Shown piece by piece: positions 1-9,032 of a stretch of 64,000 bases of DNA (its first letter is position 1; the number at the start of each line of letters is the position of its first letter). The DNA is from Spirochaetia bacterium (GTDB lineage: Bacteria; Spirochaetota; Spirochaetia; UBA9216): the NCBI GenBank assembly GCA_963675665.1, contig OY776510.1, forward strand, positions 2,272,001 through 2,336,000, given 5' to 3'. The position numbers and the translations under genes were made by a program. The notes below the pieces were generated by a model that searched no databases, was not told the DNA's origin, and worked only from the letters and a program-made list of their open reading frames with translations.

Positions 1-698
1 TCAAATTCGTCCGGATCATAAATGCCTTCTTCCATTCTGCGGATAAATTCCGACATGTCCACGACCTCTGTGCGCATGCCGAGATATTTCTGAAAGAAAT
101 CCTGATCAACAATCGATCCGGCGATACCCATCGATACTCCGCCGAAGGAGAGGTATGCCTTACCTTTCATATATGCTGCGGCAAGACCGGCTTTTATGAA
201 ACGTAAAATCTTTTCTTTTACATCGTCGTGGATGGAAGTATCTGAAGCGTCCTGAACCTCACGTCCGTAAATTCCGAACGCAGGCAGTCCCTTCTGCGCA
301 TGTGCCGCCAGAACTGCCGCCAGATAAACGGCTCCCGGACGTTCTGTCCCGTTAAATCCCCATACAGCCTTCGGGGTCAGGGTGTCCATATCCATTGTTT
401 CCGAGCCGTAGCACCAGCAGGGCGTTACGGTCAGCGAAACGCCGACATTTTCCTTTCTGAATTTATCTGCGCAGTCGGCAGCTTCGGCAAAACCTCCAAT
501 AGTGGAGTCCGCTATAACACATTCCACCGGCAGTCCGTTAGGATGTCTGAGATTTTCACATATCAGCTTTGCCGCGGCTTTTGCCATATTCATCGTCTGA
601 TCTTCAAGCGATTCCCGGACGCCCTTTCTCCTGCCGTCGATGGTCGGTCTGATACCTACTTTGGGCATTTCGCCGCGCAGTCTGTTTGTAAATTCCAT
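1..698 (-). CDS. fucI: L-fucose isomerase, N-terminal part (runs off the window)
   Basis: Manual translation of the minus strand from ATG 698: [36 protein letters not shown]...[13 protein letters not shown]...[13 protein letters not shown], which are hallmark FucI motifs. GAGGA RBS upstream. Absent from the ORF track because it is truncated. Confidence 0.93.
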   Translation of the reverse strand, partial: MEFTNRLRGEMPKVGIRPTIDGRRKGVRESLEDQTMNMAKAAAKLICENLRHPNGLPVECVIADSTIGGFAEAADCADKFRKENVGVSLTVTPCWCYGSETMDMDTLTPKAVWGFNGTERPGAVYLAAVLAAHAQKGLPAFGIYGREVQDASDTSIHDDVKEKILRFIKAGLAAAYMKGKAYLSFGGVSMGIAGSIVDQDFFQKYLGMRTEVVDMSEFIRRMEEGIYDPDEF

Positions 699-718
699 AT
701 TCTATTCCTCCGTATCTT

Positions 719-754
719 TCAATAATAAATGTAATCGATTACATTTATTATTGA
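719..754. promoter_or_regulatory. LacI-family operator upstream of fucI (36-bp perfect palindrome, core TGTAATCGATTACA)
   Basis: TCAATAATAAATGTAATCGATTACATTTATTATTGA is its own reverse complement, is CG-centred like LacI sites, and has the same core as 1838-1851. Confidence 0.8.
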
Positions 755-802
755 TCCAATCAGGCATTTTTGCAAGTAAAATGTTCAAATATATGACCGG
801 GG

Positions 803-1822
803 TCATACCGGTTTTACAGATCTGTGTTCTATGAGTCCGGTTTTTAGTCTGATAAACCGGGACGGGCAGATTTGGGTTGAACCTGATGCGAATTCCTCAA
901 TCCTTTCGAGCAGCATTTCAGCGGCTTTTTCTCCCATGCTGTGCATCGGCTGGGATACGGTAATGCTGGAGAAACCCAGGATCGATGAAAGCGACATGTC
1001 GTCGAAACCGGCAATCCGTATTCCGGGCTGTACCCGGTTATTATTTTCAATAAGGAATTTGGTTGCGCCTACCTGTAGAAAATAATTTGCTATAAATACA
1101 TTCTCAGGCGGGTTGGGGCCGATCATAAGCTCTTTCATCAGCTCATAACCTGAATTTATGTGGACATTGCCGAATTTTATGATTTCGTCTTCCAATGCGA
1201 TGTTATAATCGCTTAATGCGCGTTTGAATCCTTCATATCGCTCCCTGAAATTCGATAATTCAAGACTTCCGCCGATAAAACCGAATCTTTTGCAGCCGGT
1301 TTCGATAAGATGTACTACCGCTGAATAAGTGCCGTTGATGTTGTCGGCAAGAACGGCATCGGAATTAAAATCATCTACCAGCCTGTCTACCAAAACTACC
1401 GGAATTCCAGCTTCGGGCAGCCGGTTGAAATGCGCGCCTGCAGAGCTTGCGGGAATAATGATTGCACCGTCCACACATTGCTCAATAAGCAGATCTATAC
1501 GATCCTGTTCATATTTTTCATCTTCATTGGCATTACATATAATTACACCGTAGCCCCTGGTTCTCAGCACATCTTCCACGCCCTGGGCAACAGTCATGAA
1601 GAAGTCGTTGGCAAGTTCGGGAACAAGAAGGCCAACTGTACCTGTTCTTGAGGTCTTGAGGCTTCGTGCCGCCTTGTTTATTCGGTACCCGGTGTTTTTG
1701 ATAGATTCCTTAACCCTTCTCCGTGTTTCCGGTTTTATTCCCGGATCATTATTTAAAACCCGCGATACTGTAGCTGTGGATACCCCGGCATGGGCTGCAA
1801 CGTCCTTAACTGTAATTGCCAA
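803..1822 (-). CDS. LacI-family transcriptional regulator
   Basis: N-terminal TVKDVAAHAGVSTATVSRVLN HTH, AARSL hinge, sugar-binding domain (IAGFDD). TTG start with GAGGA RBS. Confidence 0.95.
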   Translation of the reverse strand: MAITVKDVAAHAGVSTATVSRVLNNDPGIKPETRRRVKESIKNTGYRINKAARSLKTSRTGTVGLLVPELANDFFMTVAQGVEDVLRTRGYGVIICNANEDEKYEQDRIDLLIEQCVDGAIIIPASSAGAHFNRLPEAGIPVVLVDRLVDDFNSDAVLADNINGTYSAVVHLIETGCKRFGFIGGSLELSNFRERYEGFKRALSDYNIALEDEIIKFGNVHINSGYELMKELMIGPNPPENVFIANYFLQVGATKFLIENNNRVQPGIRIAGFDDMSLSSILGFSSITVSQPMHSMGEKAAEMLLERIEEFASGSTQICPSRFIRLKTGLIEHRSVKPV

Positions 1823-1837
1823 TTTATTTCCTCGTGT

Positions 1838-1851
1838 TGTAATCGATTACA
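1838..1851. promoter_or_regulatory. LacI-family operator (autoregulatory site)
   Basis: TGTAATCGATTACA perfect palindrome just upstream of the lacI start, identical to the core of the fucI site. Confidence 0.8.
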
Positions 1852-1947
1852 TAAGTATATCATTACGTTTATCCGTAAAGCAAGTTTAAAGATGATGAAA
1901 ATACAGCAAATTGTTTTATGTGCAGGTTCGGATACAGACAGCAGGAT

Positions 1948-2526
1948 TTATTTATCGGGGTCCTGTCCGAGTATATGTCTGGTCATTTTTTCGATCGGTA
2001 TTTCCTTGATTCCCAGGCTTGCCTGGATGAATATTCCGTCGAGACAGGCCAGGATTAATTCGGAGAGAATTTCCTTATCGGAATGTTCGCTGATTATCTT
2101 CGACAGGCCTTCTTTTACTGTATTTTTCCATTGCTGATATATTTCGCGAACCCTGATTGTTGCGGCTTCCGACCCCGAAATACCGTCATAGATCAGGTAC
2201 AAATGAAGGCGTCCGCGTTTGCTTGCCCTGGTAAGCAGGCTGTATACAGCCTGAAGGATTTTTTCCGGCGGCAGGCCCTCGCTCATGCTGCCTACCCAGC
2301 GCAGAATGTCTTCGCTGAGGCGGGTCATATGCCGGTTTGTAATTTCAAAGATTAATTCTGATTTTGTCGGATAGTAATAGTACAGAGTTCCCTTACTGAT
2401 GCCGCTTTCACGCGCTATGTCTGAAAGGCTTGTATTCTCCGCGCCCTGCTTTGTAATCAGGAAAGCTGCCGTACTTATTATTTTTTCTCTGGTTTTCGCG
2501 GAATCCGCATTTTTCATCTTGCCCAT
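1948..2526 (-). CDS. TetR/AcrR-family regulator
   Basis: TSLSDIARESGISKGTLYYYYPTKSEL TetR HTH. Confidence 0.93.
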   Translation of the reverse strand: MGKMKNADSAKTREKIISTAAFLITKQGAENTSLSDIARESGISKGTLYYYYPTKSELIFEITNRHMTRLSEDILRWVGSMSEGLPPEKILQAVYSLLTRASKRGRLHLYLIYDGISGSEAATIRVREIYQQWKNTVKEGLSKIISEHSDKEILSELILACLDGIFIQASLGIKEIPIEKMTRHILGQDPDK

Positions 2527-2545
2527 CGGTTTATTTATCGGCCTC

Positions 2546-3343
2546 TTACTGTAAAAATGTTCCTGTTATTTTTTTAAACTCCGCCCGGTCGGAATGCCGC
2601 ACAATTTCAGGGGTTTTTCCGGCCATTGCAAGTTTATCGTTTTTTATTATAAGAACACCTTCAATTTTTTCAACCGCTGCAATATGCTTTGCAGCCGGTT
2701 CGAGGTCTTTTTCGGTTTTAACCAGGTTGCATCCGAGGGTTGCGGCAGCATCGGCGACGGCTGCGTCGGCTGATATAACCGTACAGAGATCACAGTGGCC
2801 GAAACTCAAGGAGTGACCCATCAGGCTTGATGAAGAGCAGACCGCAATTCCGCCGGGGGGAGGTTTTACCTTAAGCGCAAGATTTCCGAACCTTGAACCG
2901 GGCCCGCTGAATATGCCGGCTATAACCGGTTTCCCGTCATGTTTATCCGAAGGCAGTATGAAAATATCGCCGCCGTTTTCAATGATAATCTCTGGCGTGA
3001 TTTCTCCGCTTTGAAGGCTGAATTCTTCAGCTGCCCTGCAGGCTGCAAGCTGTGCGACGGTTCCTGCTACGGCCGCCATTGGACCAATTCCGGTTTTTCG
3101 TGCTGCTTCAGCCATAATAACTGCAGAGGTCGGCGCCCCGGGAAGAAGATCAAGCGGCACAAGAGATTTGAGGAATTCCGGCTGCAGCTTTATATATGCT
3201 TCAAGCTCATCTCTGAGCGCTGTGATTTCCGACGTAATAATTCTGTAAAGAATCGGACCGTACGGCGACTTCTCATCAGGAGATATCCGGTATGAGGCGT
3301 CACGATATCTGAAGGTTGTAAAGCTTCGTCCGGATTCGTGCAT
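2546..3343 (-). CDS. UPF0280 / ApbE-like family protein
   Basis: GPMAAVAG, IIENGGDI, CSSSSLMGHSLSFG, ADAAAT motifs; follows the DUF39 and NIL-ferredoxin genes. Confidence 0.85.
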   Translation of the reverse strand: MHESGRSFTTFRYRDASYRISPDEKSPYGPILYRIITSEITALRDELEAYIKLQPEFLKSLVPLDLLPGAPTSAVIMAEAARKTGIGPMAAVAGTVAQLAACRAAEEFSLQSGEITPEIIIENGGDIFILPSDKHDGKPVIAGIFSGPGSRFGNLALKVKPPPGGIAVCSSSSLMGHSLSFGHCDLCTVISADAAVADAAATLGCNLVKTEKDLEPAAKHIAAVEKIEGVLIIKNDKLAMAGKTPEIVRHSDRAEFKKITGTFLQ

Positions 3344-3349
3344 ATCGGG

Positions 3350-3769
3350 TCAGAATATGGTTGTACAGGCTTCGAAGGGACAGTTTCGTATACAGCTGAG
3401 ACATTCTATGCATTTCTCTCCGTTAAATACTACCTTGCGGCTGGATTCATCAGAGACATAAAGCGCCCCTGTAGGGCAATGACTGAGGCAGTTTCCGCAA
3501 CTGACGCATTTTCCTTCATTCCAGATTAGACTGTTTTCGGTATGGTTGATATCTACATCGAATGAACTGAGAAACCGGAGCCCGCTTTCAATCTGATCTT
3601 TTTCTCCGGACAAATCAATTGCCATATGGCCTTCTTCGTTTGGGGTTATCCTTGCCCGGTATATATTGACCTGCAGGTCATATTTGCGTATCAGTTCTGA
3701 AATAATGGGTTTGCCGGCAATTTCACCTGTAAATGTAAGAAGAACTCTTCTGGTTACCATGCTGCTCAT
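3350..3769 (-). CDS. NIL-domain 2x[4Fe-4S] ferredoxin
   Basis: N-terminal NIL-like domain (PIISELIRKYDLQVNIYRA) plus CVSCGNCLSHCP and CIECLSCIRNCP. Confidence 0.9.
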   Translation of the reverse strand: MSSMVTRRVLLTFTGEIAGKPIISELIRKYDLQVNIYRARITPNEEGHMAIDLSGEKDQIESGLRFLSSFDVDINHTENSLIWNEGKCVSCGNCLSHCPTGALYVSDESSRKVVFNGEKCIECLSCIRNCPFEACTTIF

Positions 3770-4962
3770 GCCCGGCCTCCCTGTTTTCTGATTTTAAGCG
3801 ACGACATGCCCTGTTTTGCAGGCAGCGGCCGGATTGGTCTGGAAAGATGGAATTCTCCGCGCCTGATTTGCTCTTTAAGCAGTTCTGCAATCTTAAGGGC
3901 TTTGGAATATGACGACATTGAGCCGGTAACAACCTTTTTACCATTAATTTCAACCTGGCCGCTGCGCATCTGTTCGTAGGAGAGTTTGCATAATATATCG
4001 CCCCTGCGTTCCGGATAGGCGGATGAATAATCAATTACCGGAGCAAATATCTCGCTGTCTCGTACAGTACAGTTTTTAAGGATCTCCCTGTCCAGGATAG
4101 GGATAGGTATGCCGACGCCCAGCGCCAGCGAGGCGCCGTAACCTTTGAGGCTTACACCGCGGACATATTCCGCATCCATTTTTTTCATGTCGCCGGTAAG
4201 CGCCAGGGTTCCGGCGCCTTCCGTCGGCACCCCGTTCTCACCGCGATCGCAGAGCGATGCATGCTGGGTTCCTTCAGCGTAAACATGGCCGTGTGCTCCC
4301 GCAAGCCATACGCTTGTTCCTACGCCGATTGTTCTGTAATGAGGATCATTCAGAAGCGGCGAAAGTTGACCGGCGGAACAGTAGGTCAGGTTTTTCATAT
4401 TGGGATTAAGCTTTCCGAGATAGGTATGAATAGGTTTGTCCGAGCAGTTAATTGCAACATTATAATTCTGATAACAGTTGCGCGGATTTGTCATTATTGC
4501 CTGATTAAGATCGTCTATGGTTATGTATGATCGAAGCTCTTTAAGCGGGTATTCATCGGTACCGTAGGAAAGAGCGAAAAGCTGAACCTCTTCTCCAGCA
4601 ACAAGTTTTTCGATAACATGTCCGCCGCCGAACAGGAAATCGCCGGGATAATACATGTTGGCCGGATCATTATGTCGCAGCTGGGTTGCTCCGAGATAAA
4701 CATCTACCGCTGCAATGCCTGCGTACGCCATCACATCATCAAGCCATACTTCGGTCATTCTCATTTTTGGTTTTGAATGCCCGAAATTGAGAAAACATCC
4801 TGAAGAGCACATCGGTCCGAATGTGGCTGTTGTAACTACGTCGATTTCGGCAGCGGCTTCGTCCAGGCCCTTTCTGTCAACATAGCCGATTACTTCATCT
4901 GCAGTGAGAACAACTGCTGTTCCGGATTCAATTTTCGAGTTTATTTCTTCATATGTCTTCAT
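3766..4962 (-). CDS. DUF39 homocysteine biosynthesis protein (aspartate-semialdehyde sulfurtransferase family, MA1821/MJ0100-like)
   Basis: KTYEEINSKIESGTAVVLTADE, DVVTTATFGPMCSSG, NPRNCYQNY, AGQLSPLLNDP motifs. Confidence 0.88.
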   Translation of the reverse strand: MKTYEEINSKIESGTAVVLTADEVIGYVDRKGLDEAAAEIDVVTTATFGPMCSSGCFLNFGHSKPKMRMTEVWLDDVMAYAGIAAVDVYLGATQLRHNDPANMYYPGDFLFGGGHVIEKLVAGEEVQLFALSYGTDEYPLKELRSYITIDDLNQAIMTNPRNCYQNYNVAINCSDKPIHTYLGKLNPNMKNLTYCSAGQLSPLLNDPHYRTIGVGTSVWLAGAHGHVYAEGTQHASLCDRGENGVPTEGAGTLALTGDMKKMDAEYVRGVSLKGYGASLALGVGIPIPILDREILKNCTVRDSEIFAPVIDYSSAYPERRGDILCKLSYEQMRSGQVEINGKKVVTGSMSSYSKALKIAELLKEQIRRGEFHLSRPIRPLPAKQGMSSLKIRKQGGRA

Positions 4963-5086
4963 ATAATCGACAGTATATTATTGTTTTATTTATTTCAAGG
5001 CAAATCGGTTGCCGAATAATCTTCAATATCAGAATATTTTTTTTTCTTGGCTTGCAATCAATATTAAAAAAGTTCAAAATTGACCT

Positions 5087-5488
5087 ATGATTGGTTTGAA
5101 GGCTGACGGTTCTCCGTACCGTATTATGATTGTGGACGACTCAATATTTGTACAAAACCAGATAAAAAAACTGCTTCTTCCGGAGGGATTTGAAATAGTT
5201 GCTACCGCCGGTCATGGACGCGAGGCAATAGAAAAATACCAGTCGCTCTGTTCAGGTATCGATTTGGTCACCATGGATATTACCATGCCGGGTATGCACG
5301 GTGTTGAAGCCATGAAAGAAATCATAAAGATTAATCCTGATGCTTGCGTTATTATAGTCAGCGCACTGGGCAGAACCGATTTGATGAAAGAAGCTTTGCT
5401 TTGCGGTGCCGCCAATTATATTATCAAACCGATTAAGAGGAAAAATCTTTTACAGACTATACAGTATGCAATTCAGGCATTTATATAA
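5087..5488 (+). CDS. Single-domain response regulator (CheY-like)
   Basis: IVDDS, TMDITMPGMHG, VSALG, YIIKP receiver motifs. Confidence 0.9.
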   Translation: MIGLKADGSPYRIMIVDDSIFVQNQIKKLLLPEGFEIVATAGHGREAIEKYQSLCSGIDLVTMDITMPGMHGVEAMKEIIKINPDACVIIVSALGRTDLMKEALLCGAANYIIKPIKRKNLLQTIQYAIQAFI

Positions 5489-6714
5489 TCCGAATATCTG
5501 CTCAGGATTTCATCGCCGCAGACCGCTTTGATTTTAATTACCGAATCGGTATATTTTTCTTCAATAATCTCGCATGCGTTGTGTATATGACCGGTGATTC
5601 TGTACCCTCCGGGTTCAACCGGGATGCGGAATTCTGTTACCCGTCTGCCTTCCCGCAGCATTTTTTCCATTTCATTAACCAGCTCTTCCATACCGGCTCC
5701 GGTTTTTACCGAACAGAATATACAGTTTTCGGCATCAAGCTGGATGCTTTTGATATTCATAAGCTTTGATTCATCATCATCAAAACAGTCTGTTTTATTA
5801 AACACTGTCAGTATACGTTTGCTTCCGGCTCCAATCTCCGTCAGTGTTTCAAGGGTCGTCCGGTACTGGGCCTCGGCGGACGGATCTGATGAATCGATAA
5901 CATGAATCAGGAAATCGGCTATTACCGCTTCTTCCAGAGTAGAATGAAAAGCCTGAACCAGTTTATGCGGCAGGTCACGAATAAATCCTACGGTGTCTGT
6001 AAGAGTCATTTTATGTCCGTTTTTCAGTATCAGTAATCTTGTAGTTGGATCAAGGGTGGCAAAAAGCTTGTCTTCAGCGGGAATCCCGGCGTCGCAAAGC
6101 CTGTTTAAAAGAGATGACTTCCCTGCGTTGGTATAGCCCACGATACAGGCCGAGGGAATTCTTCCTGCACGTTTTGACCGTTGTACCGCCCGCTGTTTTT
6201 TTACCTCAATAAGCTCGCGTTTCATTCTTGCTATTTTTTTCAGTACTATCCGGCGGTCAACTTCCAGCTGGGTTTCACCCTCTCCGCGGGTACCGCGGGT
6301 GCCTCCGCGCTGCCTCGACAGGTGCGTCCATGCCCGGGTAAGGCGGGGCAGCGAGTATTCCATCCGGGCAAGCCCGGTCTGAAGAGCGGCTTCGCGGGTG
6401 ACCGCACGCTGTGAAAATATCTCAAGTATAACCTCATGCCTGTCAATAACGCATAATCCAGACGCTCTTTCCCAGTTGCGCTGTTGCGATGGAGAAAGGG
6501 GCGGGTTGAAAACAATCATGTCGGCTTCGTTGTCAATTGCCCACTCGATTATCTCTTCTGTTTTGCCCTTGCCAAGCAGCCAGGCCGGACCTGGTTTAAT
6601 CAGCGGAACTGTAAAGGTTTTTATCGTTTCAATTCCAATCGAAAGGCAGAGGGCTTCCAGCTCGCTGGTAAGTCTGCCGCTGTTTTTTAAGGCGACGATT
6701 ACTGCCTGTTCCAT
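5473..6714 (-). CDS. hflX: Ribosome-splitting GTPase HflX
   Basis: LSPSQQRN, RGEGETQLEVDRR, GYTNAGKS, LFATLDPT, DTVGF, NKTD. Confidence 0.95.
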   Translation of the reverse strand: MEQAVIVALKNSGRLTSELEALCLSIGIETIKTFTVPLIKPGPAWLLGKGKTEEIIEWAIDNEADMIVFNPPLSPSQQRNWERASGLCVIDRHEVILEIFSQRAVTREAALQTGLARMEYSLPRLTRAWTHLSRQRGGTRGTRGEGETQLEVDRRIVLKKIARMKRELIEVKKQRAVQRSKRAGRIPSACIVGYTNAGKSSLLNRLCDAGIPAEDKLFATLDPTTRLLILKNGHKMTLTDTVGFIRDLPHKLVQAFHSTLEEAVIADFLIHVIDSSDPSAEAQYRTTLETLTEIGAGSKRILTVFNKTDCFDDDESKLMNIKSIQLDAENCIFCSVKTGAGMEELVNEMEKMLREGRRVTEFRIPVEPGGYRITGHIHNACEIIEEKYTDSVIKIKAVCGDEILSRYSDYINA

Positions 6715-7943
6715 CTTTTCTCCACTTTCCTGAAATAGGAATTTATCATATCAAGTTCAAATTCTTGATTGTTTACGTACTCGCGGTTAAATACCGGGGC
6801 CCAGAGCCCGATGTCTTCCATACAAAGATAGAAGAATATTTCATCATGCCAGGGTTTAAAGGCATTGTATGCAAAACTGAACATCTCCTTTTTAACATTA
6901 AACGGGTAGGAGAATTTTCCTGCAATTTCTTCCAGCGGCATCTGCAGAATTTTACTCTTTAATTCGCGTTTTCGGAGTTCTTTTATTACAGGTTTTATAA
7001 ATGTAAGAGTACCGAACGAAATATGAGTAATCTCTTCGGCGGAGAATTCCGAAAGCAGACGTGTGAATATTTTATTGTAATCTTCTTTCCACCCTTCATA
7101 AATTATTATCGGGTGAAAGTGAAAACCTATCAGACCGCCGTGTGATGCTATCTTTGCAGCGGCGGAAATCCTGTCTTCAAGCGACGCGGTAAGATGTTCT
7201 TCGTTCTCAACAATAATATCGGGGTTAAGCGACCATGTTGTAAGGATATTGGCGGGTATTCTGTTTTTAACATGATATGAGACATTGCCCGACTTTGATT
7301 TTAATTCAAGAATAACGTTGGGATTTTTTTCGGCAAAATCGAAAAGGTCATCCATCATTCCGTTCCGGTTTCCCCACATGAGCGAGTCCGACGACTGGCC
7401 TGTTCCTATATGGTATCGTTTTTTATGATCAAGGTTTGCCGAGATCTCCGCCAGTTTCTGTTTAAGATTCTTATGAAAAAGTATTTCGTCAGTATGGTAG
7501 AATGTCTGAATTGAACAATAGCTGCAGTCGAATCCGCAGTTAATAACAGCGTCAAGGGTCTGAAGATTACAGCATCTGGTCTTCTCCGATGCAACAGGGC
7601 ACTTCCCAAGAATAGGGTTTTCAGGGGAACGGTCGGACAGCCTGCTTTCCGCAGGCCGCGCGGAATAATCTGTTCTGAAGTTGCCGTAATCTTTCGGTTT
7701 AAGCTTCAGCTGCTCCCAGTAGTTTTTAATATGGCCCATTGCACGCTTTTTACGGTCTTTTCCCTTTAGCCCGGTATCTTCCGGCTCCTTCCATATTCGG
7801 GATAATATGCCTTCGTCCCAGCGTCTCAGATCGGAAGCTATTACTTCGAGCTGGAGCCTGTCCTGGCAGCTGAGTCTGTATTCTTCTGTTTTTCTTTCAA
7901 TAAAACGGAGATCTTCCTGTTGAAGGAAAGCTAAATTACGCAT
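6699..7943 (-). CDS. Radical SAM protein, spore photoproduct lyase (SplB)-like
   Basis: CGFDCSYC cluster motif, GTGQSSDSL, LELKSKS, WSLNP, FHFHPII, YLCME. Confidence 0.8.
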   Translation of the reverse strand: MRNLAFLQQEDLRFIERKTEEYRLSCQDRLQLEVIASDLRRWDEGILSRIWKEPEDTGLKGKDRKKRAMGHIKNYWEQLKLKPKDYGNFRTDYSARPAESRLSDRSPENPILGKCPVASEKTRCCNLQTLDAVINCGFDCSYCSIQTFYHTDEILFHKNLKQKLAEISANLDHKKRYHIGTGQSSDSLMWGNRNGMMDDLFDFAEKNPNVILELKSKSGNVSYHVKNRIPANILTTWSLNPDIIVENEEHLTASLEDRISAAAKIASHGGLIGFHFHPIIIYEGWKEDYNKIFTRLLSEFSAEEITHISFGTLTFIKPVIKELRKRELKSKILQMPLEEIAGKFSYPFNVKKEMFSFAYNAFKPWHDEIFFYLCMEDIGLWAPVFNREYVNNQEFELDMINSYFRKVEKRWNRQ

Positions 7944-8206
7944 TTAACTCCTTCAAGGCTGCCGAGATCAGAATACAGTTTCCGGAAAGTATCATCATCA
8001 TTTATGGTAACATCGACACGGTAGCTTGCGTATTTTCCACCGCTGCTCAGCTTGCAGTCCCATCCGGAATGGCAGATATTTATATTGTCCAGTATCTTGC
8101 CGAATCTGTTGTAAGCCGAGTTCTCATTATCGTATACTATACTGATAATTTTCAGTCTGAATGAAACAGGAAACTGAATTTTATCATTTTTCGGTTGTAA
8201 ATCCAT
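7931..8206 (-). CDS. DUF493/YbeD-like small protein
   Basis: IQFPVSFRLKII...SSGGKYASYRV...GVKCVI pattern typical of DUF493. Confidence 0.7.
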   Translation of the reverse strand: MDLQPKNDKIQFPVSFRLKIISIVYDNENSAYNRFGKILDNINICHSGWDCKLSSGGKYASYRVDVTINDDDTFRKLYSDLGSLEGVKCVI

Positions 8207-8253
8207 ACTTCACTGAGTATCATGAAACAGCGGAAATTTCAAGGAGGGTTGTG

Positions 8254-9024
8254 ATGTACATGCAAGAACGGGCTGATTGGTATAAAAACCCGGAATTCTG
8301 GGAAGTATATATGCCGCTCATGTTTGATCCCGACAGAATTGAGGATACGCCGCTTGAAGTTGACGGGATAATCCGTCTGGCAGGATTAAAAGAAGGTTCT
8401 GATGTTCTGGATCTTTGCTGCGGATGGGGGCGGCATTGTTTTGAGTTTGTCCGAAGAGGTTATAATGTCTGCGGTGTTGATATAACTCCCTCTTATCTGG
8501 AAAGGGGACGGAAGGCCGCTCTGGAGACAGGGCTGGAAGTCCGGTTTATAGAAGAAGATGTAGGCACTTTCGTTGAACCGGAAAATTATGATTTTGCAAT
8601 GAATTTTTTCACATCTTTCGGTTATTTTGAAGATCCCGCTGATGATCTCGGGTTTTGCATGAATGTCTGTAAATCGCTCAGACCCGGAGGACGCTTTCTT
8701 GTTGATACGGCAGGCAAAGAGACTGTTGCGCTTAAATTCAGAGAAGCGGAATGGTTTCAGCGGGACGGTTTTTTTATCATGCTTGAATATAAAATTACCG
8801 ACGGCTGGACACATATTGAAAACCGCTGGATTTTTACGTCGGATAATCCCGAGAAAAAGTCCGAACCGAACGAAGCAGTTTTTAAACACAGGCTTTATTC
8901 CGCAATGGAGATGGCCGGGCTCTTAACCGAAGCCGGTTTTTCAGAAGTCCGTTTTTTCGGTTCTCTTGACGGCCGTCCGTATGATCATAAGGCGGAACGA
9001 ATGATTGCTGTTGCTTATAAATAG
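8254..9024 (+). CDS. Class I SAM-dependent methyltransferase
   Basis: VLDLCCGWGRH, GVDI, FTSFGYF, LRPGGRF. AGGAGG RBS favours ATG 8254. Confidence 0.9.
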   Translation: MYMQERADWYKNPEFWEVYMPLMFDPDRIEDTPLEVDGIIRLAGLKEGSDVLDLCCGWGRHCFEFVRRGYNVCGVDITPSYLERGRKAALETGLEVRFIEEDVGTFVEPENYDFAMNFFTSFGYFEDPADDLGFCMNVCKSLRPGGRFLVDTAGKETVALKFREAEWFQRDGFFIMLEYKITDGWTHIENRWIFTSDNPEKKSEPNEAVFKHRLYSAMEMAGLLTEAGFSEVRFFGSLDGRPYDHKAERMIAVAYK

Positions 9025-9032
9025 AAGATTAT

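Noticed and set aside
300-725. Plus-strand 141-aa ORF, and similar antisense ORFs throughout the track (including 63625-63981)
   Set aside because: These are shadows of real genes on the opposite strand (fucI, isochorismatase and others).
6699-7943. Spore photoproduct lyase-like gene in a presumed non-sporulator
   Set aside because: SplB-like radical SAM proteins are widespread outside spore formers, so this is not unusual.
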